A stretch of 64,000 nucleotides of DNA from Dictyostelium discoideum. Taxonomy: Eukaryota. The stretch lies in assembly GCA_000004695.1 (NCBI GenBank), contig CM000154.2, positions 3,040,001 through 3,104,000 of the forward strand. The letters run 5' to 3'. Shown here in pieces: positions 24,564-40,248 of the stretch. A program made the position numbers and the translations under genes. The notes below the pieces were generated by a model. It did not search any database. It worked only from the letters and a program-made list of their open reading frames with translations, and was not told the DNA's origin. Numbering within the stretch: position 1 is the stretch's first letter; each line of letters starts with the position of its first letter.

Positions 24564-24858
24564 CAATATTATTATAATTGTTACTATTATTTTTATTATT
24601 GTTATTATCAATATTATTGTTATTATCAATATTATTATCAATATTATTAATATTATTAATATTATTATTAGCAATATTATTATTATTATTATCAATATTA
24701 TTATTATTATTTCCAATACTATTATTATCTATATTATTATTATCAATATTATTATCAATATTATTTTTATTATGAATACTATTAGTATCAATATTAGTAT
24801 TATCAATATTATTATTGATGTTATTACAATTTGTATTATTTATTGAAATAACTTCCAT
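22303..24858 (-). CDS. ABC transporter G-family (ABCG/White-type) half transporter, NBD-TMD (2 exons: 24858..23920, 23811..22303)
   Basis: Walker [10 protein letters not shown], signature [12 protein letters not shown], Walker [13 protein letters not shown] and an H-loop are followed by 6 TM helices. The intron GTAAAA..aattAG (minus-strand intron 23919..23812, 108 nt) sits after ..[10 protein letters not shown]. The N-terminus is a 190-aa poly-Asn region. Exon 2 aligns with the paralog at 26245 right at the junction ([15 protein letters not shown] ~ FCSYVTQEEVFLETS). Confidence 0.85.
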
Positions 24859-24863
24859 GCTTT

Positions 24864-24934
<71 letters not shown>

Positions 24935-25131
24935 TATTTACAAAATGGAAATAAATAATTTAAAAAAATTAAATTTACAATATAAAATTTTTTATATAGA
25001 TAATATTTAAATTATGATTGAAATTATTTAATAATTTAATATAAAAAAAAATTATTATTAAAATTGATTCAATAAATAGAAAAATTATTTGTAATTTAAA
25101 AAATCTATTTTTTTTTTTTTTTATTTTAATA

Positions 25132-25171
<40 letters not shown>

Positions 25172-25173
25172 AA

Positions 25174-25222
<49 letters not shown>

Positions 25223-26003
25223 AAAACAATCAAATAAAATATTTAATTATTTTCATGATACAAAATAACCCTCATGGATACACCAATTCACAATAGTAAA
25301 AGAAAAAAACAAAACAGCTACAAAAGCAACAACAACAGCAATACCACCAGAATAAAAAAAAAAAAAAAAAAAAAAAAAAACCCAATAATGTAATGTATCA
25401 AAAAAAAAAAAATTACTACAAACAAATAAACAAAAACTACCACCCTAAATAGTATACCTATATCTAAAATTATTTTTAATTTAAAAAAAATTTAAAAATA
25501 GAAAAAAAATTAAAAAAAAAAAAAAAATTTGTATTCCAAAATGGTGGGTCTATATTAAATATTTACACAATGTTAAAATACTGTTTGAAAAAATGGCATG
25601 TGTTAAAAGGGGTTTGTGTCAGTCTGAAATCCAAAAGGCGTTTTTATAAAAAATAATTTTACTGATCCTTAAATGGGAACAAAATTTTGATATGAATAAA
25701 AAATAAATAAATTAATAAATAAAATAATTATTTAAATAAATTCAATTTTTTTATAATGTAAATATTTGAATCTGTCCTATTATAAAAAAGTAGTGCTAGT
25801 AAATGGAAAAATATTTGATTTATTTTTTTTTTTTTTTTTTTTTTTTTTTTATTATTATTTTTATTATTATTATTTTTGGGGGTTATACACTACTTTTTTT
25901 TACTTCTTTTTTTATTAATACATTTAACAGTGTGAGGTTATACGAACTAACTTGTTGATATATTATTTATTTTTATTATTATTATTATAAAATTAAAATT
26001 AAC

Positions 26004-26043
<40 letters not shown>

Positions 26044-26244
26044 TACACTAATAAAAAAAAAAAAAAAAAAAATTATTATTTAATTTAATAAAAAAAAAAA
26101 AAAAACTGATATGAATTATAAATATTTTTAAAACTATTGAAAATAACAATAAAAATTTAAAAACTTTATTCTTTTAATGAGTTTTTTTTAATTTTTTTTT
26201 GGTTTTTTTTTTTTTTTTTTTTTTTTTTATTATTTATTTTAAAA

Positions 26245-28428
26245 TTATCTTTTTTCTTTATTAAATTTATAAAGTCCAATATAAGCTAAAATATAAAAAA
26301 ATGCTATCCAAATTGTTAAAATACCAATTGATTTATTATATTCCCAATTTTTTAAACCTAAAAATTCAATTAAATTATTACCATTCGAATAAAGACATGG
26401 TATTGGTGGTTGAGGACATTGAAATTCAAAATCTCTATATTGAATGATTACTATTGATGAGAAACCATAAAATAGATAATCAATATGATGAATCCAACCA
26501 AAACTATCAGGTAATGAATTAATTGGTACTAAAAATCCGGAGAATAATACCAATACTACTGATACACCTGTACAATATGAAAATGTTAAATCAACAGTTC
26601 CAGCAATATTTGACATTGCTATTACCATAAAAACTGATGCTAAAAATACCATATAAAATGAAATCAATGATAATATATATGCTTCAAATGACCATCGCAA
26701 ATGAACAATACAATAAATTATTGTTGTAATAATTAATACAACAAAGAATGATGATACAATTTCAATTAACATTGATCCTATAAAATAAGGAAATGGATGA
26801 TAGATTTTTGATGCCCTTTCAGAATTAAATAAAGTTCTAATTGAAACAAATGTTGAAATACTTGAATATGGTAATAAATTTAATGAAGTTATAATAAAGA
26901 AAAATAAAGCTGATACTGATTGAGCCTCATTTTGATCCAACCCATCATAACCAACTGTCCCAAAACATGCAGAGAACAATAATCCAATTAATATTGCAAT
27001 TACAATCTTTGAGAAAAACACTACCCTATTCCTCACAAAACTTTGATAACTTCTTTTTTGACAAACCCAATATTGATAAATGAAACCAACTCTCTTTGGT
27101 ATATCAATATTAATTGGATCATTGGAAATGGTTGGCTGTATTTCATGTTTCCAATATTTTTCCCATGTATCAACAGTTGTTGAATATTGAGATGGATTAT
27201 TAACAATTTCATCACATACATCCAATATGAAATCAGCAGGATTCATTTGTGGTGGACATTTATAATTTGAATCTATACTTGAGAGATATTCTAAAATATT
27301 TGAACCACTATAAACCATTCTCCCTTTTAATACAACCATAATATTACTAAATAAATAAAAAATTTCAGGACGTGGTTGATGTACTGAGCATACAACTGTT
27401 ACACCTTTCATTTTAGTTAACTCTAATAAAACTTTCATTACTTTTAATGAATTTAATGAATCTAAACCACTTGTAGGTTCATCTAAAAATAATAAAGATG
27501 GATTTGTAACTAATGCACATCCAATTGAAACTCTTTTCTTTTCACCACCTGATAATCCTTTTACTATCATACCACCCGGTAGAATACCACCAATTTTTGA
27601 ATTTAATTTTCTATCTAATCCAACATCTTTTAAAACTTGTTTAATTCTTATATCTTTTTCAGTATCTGTCATATCTGGTAACCTTAAATCTGCATGAAAT
27701 TTTAAAGTTTCATAAACTGTTGATGTTTCTAAAAACACCTCTTCTTGAGTTACATATGAACAAAACATTTTATAAGCTTCACCAATTTCTTTACCATTTA
27801 CTAATATTTTACCAGTGATTGTACCTGTTGATTTCCTATTTGCAAGTATATCCAATAATGTAGATTTACCACTACCTGATGGACCCATTAATGCAACCAT
27901 TTCACCTTTTTCAACAATACCACTAACATTTGATAAAATTGTTAATTCCTTCTCAATAATTCTATCAATTGGTAATTTATTAACTTGTGATTCAATATCT
28001 TCAATATCAATTTTACCAGATTCTAATTTTTTAATAATTTTTTTTTGTTCATTATATTTTTTATTTAAAACTTTATAACAAATATTTTCAAATGTAACTT
28101 GAACTCCAACATTATTATTAATATTAATAATTTCATTATCATTTGATCTACCATTAGTAATTTCATTATTAAAAGTACCACTTGAATCACTATTAATACT
28201 ATTCCTTCTATTTTCAATGTTTTTAATTTTTGTTTGAATTCCACTTTCAATATCTTTATTATTATTATTACTATTACTATTTAAATTTGAATTATCTGAA
28301 ATTAATTTTTCACTTAAATTGATTTGTGGTGTTTGTGGTGATAAAGAGAGTGATGATAATGAATATTCATTATTTGGTTGCTTTGGATGTAATGTATTTA
28401 TTACTTCGTTTTTAAATTGTTGTTGTTC

Positions 28429-28517
<89 letters not shown>

Positions 28518-28641
28518 GATTTGATAAAATTTGTTCCTCATTTATATTATTTCTTGAATTTTTATCTTCAAAATTTTCATCATTTTTTTCATCAGACTTA
28601 TCATCAATAATTTCAAAATTATTATTTCCTATATCTTCCAT
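26245..28641 (-). CDS. ABC transporter G-family half transporter, intronless tandem paralog
   Basis: The 798-aa product has the same NBD motifs and TMD as the 22303 gene (about 75% aa identity in the core). It is continuous through the position where the neighbour has an intron. The N-terminus has a Q36 run encoded by pure (CAA)n (plus strand (TTG)n, 28417..28517). Confidence 0.85.
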
Positions 28642-29413
28642 TTTTTTTTTTTTTTTTTTAATAAATTTGTTAATTTTTTTTTTTTTTTTTTTTTTACCCT
28701 AAATTAAAACAAGGTAATTAAAATTAAAATATAAAAATAAAAATAATTTCAAGTATGTATAATTGTTAAAAAAAAAAAATAAAAAAAAAAAATATAAAAT
28801 AATTAAAAATAAAATTAAAATAAAAAAAAGAAATTAATAACAAAAGAGAAAAAAAACAATTTTTTTTCTATTTTTTGTTTTAATTACCCTATAAAATAAA
28901 TTAACTTTACAAATTTCATTATCAATAATATTGTTATTAGTAAAATATTGTTGAATTAATTTTGTTGGTAAAAGGGGGGTGAGGGGGTTAATTCTTTAAA
29001 AAAATTTATTTTTACCACTTTTTTTTTTATTTTTAAAAAAACCTTCAAATAGTTTTTTTATTTTTTTCTTTTTCTTAAATAGCTCCCATTAGTCTTTACA
29101 TACCCCAGAAAAAAAAAATCTGTTCAAATCTCCTTTAAAAAAAAATTTAAAAATTTACACTTTTATTAATAAAACAAAGGTGATATAATTTATCATTTTT
29201 ATTTAATTATTTAATTTCTAAATGTAATATTTTATATCGGATCTTTTTTTTTTTTTTTTTTAATTTTAAATTTTCTAAATATATTTATATATATATATTT
29301 TTTTATATATTTAATTAATTTTAAATTTTTTTTTATTTATTTTTCCTTGTTTTTTTTTTTTTCCTTGTTTTTTTTTTTTTTTTTTTTTTTTTTCCCTTTG
29401 GGCATAAAATTTT

Positions 29414-30959
29414 TTACATTAATGGAACTTTTGAACGTTTCTTTTTATTTTCTTCCTCCTCTTCTTCTTTTTCTTTTTTTTTATCATTATTATGATTATC
29501 AACAACTTTTTTTTCTTTTTTATTTACCTTTTCTTCATATTGTTTATTACTACTATCTTTGAAAGGATCTTCATTTTCTTGATCATCTTCATCACCATCA
29601 TCATCTTCTTTGTCTATTTCACCATCATTTTGTTGTTGTTGTTGTTGTAATTTTACATTTTCATCATAACCATCATCTTCATCATCATTATTATCATCAT
29701 TCTGTAAATTATTTGTTTTAACAAAAGTTTGTTTACTTGGTGAAGTTGGATCTGGTACCATTGTTAATTCATAATCTTCTTGAAGTTGTGTTGAAGTTTC
29801 TAAATTACTCTCGATTGAATTTGATGATTTATCAATTGAACTTGGTAATGGAGGTGGTGAAATAATTGATGACAATGATTTTGTTGGTATTTGATCTTGG
29901 ATTGGATTTTGAGGTTTTAATTCTTTAATTTGTTGTTTAGATTGTTTTTTACTTTTTTTAACTTTTTTATTATTTTCATTTTTATTATTATTTATTGTTG
30001 CTGAAGAAGATGATGCTGATGATGATGATGCTTCATTATTCTCATTATTATTATTATTATTAATATTATTATCATTTAAAGTTGTAGTTGTAGTTGTAGT
30101 ATTATTTTTATTATTTTTATTTTTATTTATTGAAGATGATTCTAATTTTAATAAAGTTTTTTTAATTTTCTTTAATAATACTGGTGAATCTGGTTTATTT
30201 TTGAGTGAATCTTGATAAGATTCTAATGCTTCTTGATAACGACCTAAAAAGTAAAGTGAGTTACCTTTTGCATAACGTGGTAAATAACTATGATGACTAT
30301 CTCTATTTTCAATATCGATTGCTTTTTGAGCATCTTCCAATGCCTCTTGATAACGTTTCAATTTATTGAAACACATTGAACGATTTGAAAAGAGTATATT
30401 ATTTCGTTGATCGATTTCAATGGCCTCTGTGTATAATTCAATTGCTTCTTGATATTTTTTAGCATAATATGAATCATTGGCTAATCTAAATAGATTCTTT
30501 GCTTCCGTTGTTGAGAAATCAATTAAATCATCAATCATTTGTAACATTTCATCAAATTCTTGACATTGTTGAATCACAATTGCACTCTCAATACATGTTC
30601 TACTCTCTTTCAATTGATTTGCACCAAGATATGCTGATCCCATTCTAGCATATGCTTTCGATAGAATTGAATCAATCTCTTCAATTTCTTTTTTTCTTTT
30701 TTTCTTTTCTTTTATTTCTTCATCCCCATCACCATCTTCCTCTTCCTCTCCATCCTCCCCCTCTTCTTCCTCTTCTTTCTTAGATAATCCTTTTGATTTC
30801 TCTTTTCTAATTTTATTACCTTTTTCTAATGTAATTTTGCATTCTTTAATTGCATTTGAAAATAATCCTGATAAATTATAAACAGCTATTTTTTAAAATA
30901 AAAAAAAAAAAAAAAAAAGGAATGGGTTTTTATAGTTTTTTTTTAGAGGAAATGTCTCA

Positions 30960-31022
<63 letters not shown>

Positions 31023-31188
31023 ATAAATATTTACCTGCTCTTGACAAATGGTATTCAATATTCTCTGGATCTAATTCCAATGCTTCTGTAAATAAATTTA
31101 ATGCAGATGTATAATTTTTATTCCATAACTCAATATTTGCTTTTTCTTTAAGTACTATTGCTTGTTTAGTTTTAATTATTGAAGTCAT
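29414..31188 (-). CDS. TPR-repeat protein (2 exons: 31188..31035, 30885..29414)
   Basis: Exon 1 is MTSIIKTKQAIVLKEKANIELWNKNYTSALNLFTEALELDPENIEYHLSRA, then g|GTAAAT. The acceptor tagCTG.. at 30886 gives a 149-nt intron. Exon 2 reads ..AVYNLSGLFSNAIKECKITLEKGNK..acidic linker..KAYARMGSAYLGANQLKESRTCIE.., then 3-4 more TPRs (YYAKKYQEAIELYTEAIEIDQRN.., YAKGNSLYFLGRYQEALESYQDSL) and an acidic/poly-N tail. The ATG at 31221 is an alternative start. Confidence 0.6.
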
Positions 31189-31625
31189 TATTATTTTTTT
31201 TTTTTTATTTTTTTTTTTCAAAAATTTTTTATATATTTTTTTTTATTATTTCTTTTTTATTCTCTGCTGATTGAGCAGAAGATTTTTTTTTTTAAAACTT
31301 ATTAATTAAATATTTAAAAACAAAAAAAAAAATAAAAAAAAAAAAAGAGAAAAAATAAATTGGAAAAAAAAAACAAATGTTTAGAAAATAAAAACCAAAA
31401 AAAAAAAAATAAAAATAAAAATAAAAATAATAATATATAAAATAAAAATAGTAAAATATTTTTTTTTATTTATTTTTTTATTTTTATTTTTATTTTTTTT
31501 TCATACTACACATTTCATAAAAAAGTTTAACTGTGAACCCCCACTTTTATTTCTTTTTCTATTAATTATTATCTAATATTTCATTGTGTGTGTGGTCCAA
31601 AAAAGTTTAACTATTTTCCATTTTA

Positions 31626-31662
<37 letters not shown>

Positions 31663-32210
31663 TAAAAATTAAATGGAAACTTGTAATTTTTTTTTTTTTT
31701 TTTTTTTTTTTTTCTTTAGTCTGAAAACCATGGTTTTAAAATTATTATTATTATTATTATTATTTTTTTTTTTTTTTTTTTTTTTTTCAACAAAAGTAAC
31801 ATCGTCATATGATTGAATATTTAAACAAAGGTGTTTTTTTATTGGACATTTAATGAAAAGATTTTACTATAAAAATAAAATGCCCACTTTTTTTTTTTTG
31901 CAGGCTTGTACCAATTAAATAAAAATAATTTTGCATATGAAAATGATTATTGATTGTTTACACTTATTAATAAGCAAAGTATTTTTTATGAACTATTTTG
32001 ATATCAGATATTATTTGATTGGTTTTTGAGTTGATATTTTCCCATTGACCAGTGTTGTTCTTTTAATAGCCTTTACAAAAAAAAAAAAAACTTTAGATAT
32101 TTTGGGAAAAGAAAAAAAAAATATTTAAAAAAAAATTGAAAAAAAAAAACAAGCTTATTTCGAGCTTTAATTCGGTATTGAATTATTTCGGGATTATGAT
32201 TAAGATTTTT

Positions 32211-32241
<31 letters not shown>

Positions 32242-32696
32242 CTTTTTTTTTTTTCCAACTTGAATTACACTTTTTCAAAAGCCACAAATTAATTTTTTTT
32301 TTTTATTTTTTTATTTTTTTTTTTTTGTGCAATTTTTGTTTTGTAATTTTTTTTTTTAGAGTGACTGATCATTTTGTTTGTTGGTAAATTATTCAGTCAA
32401 AAAAGGTAATTGAAATAAAATTATTTGAATTCGATTTTCCAAAAAAAAAAAAAAAAAAAAAAAATGAAAAAAAAAAAAAAAAATAAAATTAAAAAACAAT
32501 ATTGTGTGAAATCATAAAAATTCATTTTAATTAAAAAAAAAAAAAAAAAAAACTAATTAAATTTTTTTTTTATTATTATTATAAAAAAAAAAAAATAAAA
32601 AAAAAAATATTAGAATTATTCAAATTGTGGAATAAAAAAAAAAAACAAAAAACAACAACAATAAACACATATAATATAAATATATATATATTTAAT

Positions 32697-33317
32697 ATGT
32701 ATAGTACATTAATATCAACAGCATACTGGGGTAGTATTATTGCAGCGACAGGATTAATATGTATTGCTTCAATAATATATGCATCACAAGAAAAGTTATT
32801 ATATATTCCAGATAGAAATATTGTACTTCATCCATCACAATTTGGATTAGAGGATAACTTTGAAGAGATATTCTTAACAACATCTGATGGTATTAAAATT
32901 CAAACATGGTTTTTTAGACAAGAAAATTCTAAATCTGTACCAACATTATTATTTTGTCATTCAAATGCTGGAAGTAAGTAAATTTATAAAATATATATTT
33001 TTTTTTTTTTTTAAAAAAGTATACGCATATTCATATTTATTAACAATAATTTTATATAGATCTTTCACATAGATTAGATAATATTAGACACTTATTTGAA
33101 AATGTACGTTGTAATGTATTGATTTTATCATATAGAGGTTATGGTAAGAGTCAAGGTTCACCAACAGAGATCGGTTTAAAAAAAGATATTGATGCATGTA
33201 TGGAATATTTATTAAATGACCCAACCATTGATCCTAATACAATCATGTGTTTTGGTAGATCTTTAGGTGGTGCCGTTGCAATCGATACTGCATATAGATA
33301 TCCAAATAATGTATGTA

Positions 33318-33365
<48 letters not shown>

Positions 33366-33753
33366 TACATATTTATTAATTTTTATTTTTATTATTTATT
33401 TATTTTATAAAATTTAGATTAAAGCATTAATTTTAGAGAATACATTTGCATCAGTACCAGATATGGTTGATGCAGTTTTACCAATGTTAAAATTATTTAA
33501 ACCATTTTGTAGAAGCAGATGGGATAGTAAAGAGACTATCAAACATATCACTTGTGATATATTGTTTTTATCAGCCAAAAATGATGAATTAGTACCAGCT
33601 TCTCATATGAAACTTTTAGAGAAACATGCTCATCAATGCAAAAAGAAAACTATTGTTTTTGAAAATGGTAGACATATGGATTTAATGTTTCAACATAATT
33701 ATTATAAATATATTAAAGAATTTATGTTAGAAAAATTTGGTGACTATATCTAA
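32697..33753 (+). CDS. alpha/beta-hydrolase, BEM46/ABHD13 family (3 exons: 32697..32973, 33060..33310, 33418..33753)
   Basis: The spliced product reads ..[83 protein letters not shown].. and aligns with human ABHD13 ([60 protein letters not shown]). It has the GxSxG nucleophile. Introns are GTAAGT..tatAG (86 nt) and GTATGT..tttAG (107 nt). Confidence 0.8.
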
Positions 33754-34299
33754 AAACAATGATATAGTCAAAAAAAAAAATAAAAAAAAACAAAAATAAT
33801 AATAATATAGAAAAATAATAATAATAATAATAATAATATAGAAAAAAAAAATAATATAGAAAAAAAAAAGTAAATAAAATAAAAAATATAAAAATGTATT
33901 ATTTATATGTACAAATTCAATAATATAAATTGTATAATTGGTAGTTCATATAATTTAAATAAAAATATCTTTACCAAAAGATGAGGGTTTTTTTTTTTTT
34001 TTTTTTTTTTTTTTCTCTTAAAATAAATAAATAAATAAATAATAAAATAAATAAATAATTATAAATTCAAATATGAAAATAAATAAATAGTAAATAATTT
34101 AAAATATTTTTATATTTTTAGATATAACGATTGTCATATGAAAAATTAATTTCGCGCCTTAATTTTTTTTTTTTAAAATGTTTTTAATTTTTTTTTTTTT
34201 TTTTTTCAATTTTTACAATTTATTCACAGTATCGCAATTAGTTGTTATATATATTTAAAAAAATTATTTGTTTCTTTTTTTTTTTTTTTTATTATAGAA

Positions 34300-34520
34300 T
34301 ACACAAATATACAAATAATAATATTAATAATATTAATAATACTCATAAGAATTAGTAAACAAAACCAAACCAAACCAAACAAAACAAAACAAAACAAAAC
34401 AAAACAAAACAAAACACATATATACCAATAATAAAAATAATAATAATAACTCATAAGAATTAGTAAACAAACAAAACGGAATAAACAAAACAAAACAAAA
34501 CAAAACAAAATAAAATAAAA
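34300..34520. repeat. tandemly duplicated about 110-bp unit containing (CAAAC)n/(CAAAA)n microsatellites
   Basis: TAATA..CTCATAAGAATTAGTAAACAA followed by (CAAAC)2(AAAAC)n occurs twice. Confidence 0.8.
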
Positions 34521-34555
34521 TAAAATATAAATAAAAAAAATATAAATAAAAGATA

Positions 34556-37608
<3,053 letters not shown>

Positions 37609-37726
37609 ATTATTAAAAAAAAAAAAAAAAAAATTAACAAATAAAAAAATAAACTAACAAAAAAATTAAATAAAATTTATTTTAATAATTTTAAAACCAC
37701 CACCCCAAAAATGACAACATAATATT

Positions 37727-39189
37727 TTAATTTGAAATTTCTTTTGCTAAACCTTCGATGATTGATTTATATTCAATTTTTTCATAATTACATTCTGGTA
37801 CACCATTGAAACCATAGAGAGCACCCCACCAACAACAACCAATAGCACCAGTTGAATCATTATCACCACCATGAAGAACTGATCTTTTAATCATTTCTTC
37901 CCAATTATCAGCAGAACCTAATAAGGCATCATATGCTATAATACATGAATCATGACCTGATGAACCACCCCAACCACTAAATGAAATTGAATGATAGAAA
38001 TTCTCTCTAACTTTATAATCTGAATAATCTTTTGGGAAAACTGGATAATCGATACCCTTATCATTGGCTGCTTTTAATTCGTCTGGATTCGATGGAATTT
38101 GTCTTAATTTTAAATAAGATTTCCAAGAGTTCCAAAAATAATTCCAACCTTTTTCATAATTTTCAATGTTACGATTTGAACTATTTGAAGTTTTCTCTAA
38201 ATATTCTCTAGCTTTTGGCATTACCTCTGTCATTAATTTCAAAGGCCAGGTTTTTGGTGGAATTGATCTGATTGCATATGAGGCAAATAATGCTGATACT
38301 AATGCACCTAGAAAGCCAACTGGGTTATTATGTGTGATTCTACCACTTTCAATTGATAATTCAATTAATGTATCCAATTGTTCATCAGACCAATATTTAA
38401 ATCCAATACACATAGATCTCATTGATCCACCACAACCACCTGCTCTATCAGAGAAATCAATCTCATTCCATTGATAAACTTTGGATCTCATTCCAGTTTG
38501 TGTCATCAGTGATACTGAATTAATTGTTTGAATTCCTGGTGCTCTTCCTGCCATATCTTCCATTGAATGAATATATGCTTTTGCTAATTCTTTACATATT
38601 GATTCATTATCTGTATTGGTTGGTCTTGTTATTGCAATTGCTGTTGCAATATGCATAACTATTTTTTTTTTTTTTTTTTTTTTTTAATTAATTTTAACAA
38701 TTTTTAAAATAATATTTATTTATTTAAATTACATACTTGTATCATCTGATAATCTCCAATCTTTCTTATTTATTCTTTAATTTTTTTTCAAAAAAAAAAA
38801 AAAAATTATTATTATTATTCAAATAAAAATAAGAAATAAAATAAAATTAAAAAAAAAAAAAAGTACCTACTTTAGATTTTTATAACCACCAAGATATTCA
38901 TAGTGTTCATATATTCTTGATGGAGACTTTTCAAACTCCCAAATACCATTTTTATATCCACACTTTAAAAATAAAAAAAAATAAAAAAAAAATATTAGAA
39001 TTGATTATTTGTTTGAAAAATAAGAAAAATTGAAAAATTGAAAAATTGAAAAATTGAAAAATCAATACATACAGCATCACCAAATGCTGATAAAAGCATT
39101 GCTGGTTTAATGTTTTCTTTATTAATTGTGCCCATGATTGTTTGTGTAATCTTTTTATTTGTAAGTGTGCTAATAAATTTGTGAAACAT
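37727..39189 (-). CDS. ADP-ribosylarginine hydrolase, ARH1/ADPRH-type (ADP-ribosylglycohydrolase family); 4 exons: 39189..39073, 38962..38870, 38764..38737 (28-nt micro-exon), 38658..37727
   Basis: The spliced protein aligns with human ADPRH along its length: AFGDA-CGYKNGIWEF~AAGDALGYYNGKWEF; WRLSDDTIMHIATA~WRVSDDTVMHLATA; MEDMAGRAPG~MEDMDGRAPG; GGCGGSMRSMCIG~GGCGAAMRAMCIG; LDTLIELSIESGRITHNNPVGFLGAL~[82 protein letters not shown]~[56 protein letters not shown]. Minus-strand introns are 39072..38963 (110 nt, GTATGT..aaAG), 38869..38765 (105 nt, GTAGGT..taAG) and 38736..38659 (78 nt, GTATGT..atAG). Confidence 0.85.
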
Positions 39190-39349
39190 TGTTTTTTTTT
39201 TTTTTTTTTTTCAGAAAAAAAATCAAAAAAAAAAAAAAAAAAAAATTTCAAGCTTAATTTGAAATTTTGTGATATTTTGAGAAGTATCTATTTTAAGAAA
39301 TTCGTAATCAATTAGTCACAGTAATGACTCATTAATAATTTTTTTATTT

Positions 39350-39480
39350 TAATATTTTAACATTTTTTTAAAATAAAGCATAAAATTAATTAAAATTAAA
39401 AAAAATAAGAAATTAATTAAAATTAAAAAAATAAGAAATTAATAAAAATTAAAAAAATAAGAAATTAATTAAAATTAAAA
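39350..39480. repeat. about 31-bp tandem repeat (AATTAAAATTAAAAAAATAAGAAATTAATTA) x4
   Basis: Four near-identical tandem units. Confidence 0.8.
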
Positions 39481-39983
39481 TAATAAAAAATGAATCAATC
39501 AAATCAATATATTTGGTTTTTTATTTTATAAAATTTATTATTCCCTACTCATTATTGTTCAAAATAAAGAAACAATTACAAAAAATGAATAATAAACGAA
39601 TAATAAAATTTTAAAAATATTTGATTAATTGAAAAAAAAAAAAAAAGAACTGAATGACTACATTCATTTTTTTCTCTTTTATTTGCAAATGATGGATAGT
39701 TTCTTTTATTATTTGACTAATAAAAAATATTATTCAAAATTATGTGGTAATAAAAAATATTATTCACATTTACTAATTAAAAACTTTATTTTCAATTATA
39801 ATTTTAAGAAAATAAAATGACAAAGATTTATTTTATAACCTTTTTTTGCATCTAAAAAAGAAATTTTCCAAAGTTTGGACAAGAGATATTATAAAAATTT
39901 ATTTATCATTGTTTAATTACAACAATATTTTTTACCAACTACAATTTTACCGTAATTGCAATCCTTTTTATAATCTAAATTAT

Positions 39984-40248
39984 TAATTTCCAAAAAAAGT
40001 TCTATATGGAATTAGACATCCAGAAGACATACCCATGCATGTATAATCTTTACTTCCTATGATGAATTGAGTGCAACCATTTTCTTCAGCATTTGAACCT
40101 ACAGAGAAAAGAAATAAAGCAAATAAAATAGCAAATCCTATTAAACTTAATAACTTTAAATTTGGAATTAGTAAAAAAAAAAAAATCCAAAATTATTTAT
40201 TTAAACATATTACATGTTTAAATTCCAAAGGTTTTTACTAAATTCATT
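39984..40248 (-). CDS. candidate small secreted Cys-containing peptide, 59 aa (2 exons: 40248..40240, 40153..39984)
   Basis: ATG AAT TTA | GTAAAA..(86-nt intron)..tttaaAG | TTA TTA AGT.. gives MNL-LLSLIGFAILFALFLFSVGSNAEENGCTQFIIGSKDYTCMGMSSGCLIPYRTFFGN*. It has a clean signal peptide, 4 Cys, and local GC above background. Not on the ORF track because of the 3-codon first exon. Confidence 0.3.

Noticed and set aside
31247-31290. Hairpin CTGCT-GATTG-AGCAG followed by a T-run, resembling a rho-independent terminator.
   Set aside because: This is a eukaryotic genome. The structure lies in the divergent promoter region between the TPR gene and the hydrolase gene. An intrinsic-terminator interpretation is not applicable.
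39350-39480. Regularly spaced 31-bp repeats, CRISPR-like at first glance.
   Set aside because: The repeats are directly tandem with no unique spacers, AT-only, and in a eukaryote. It is a minisatellite.
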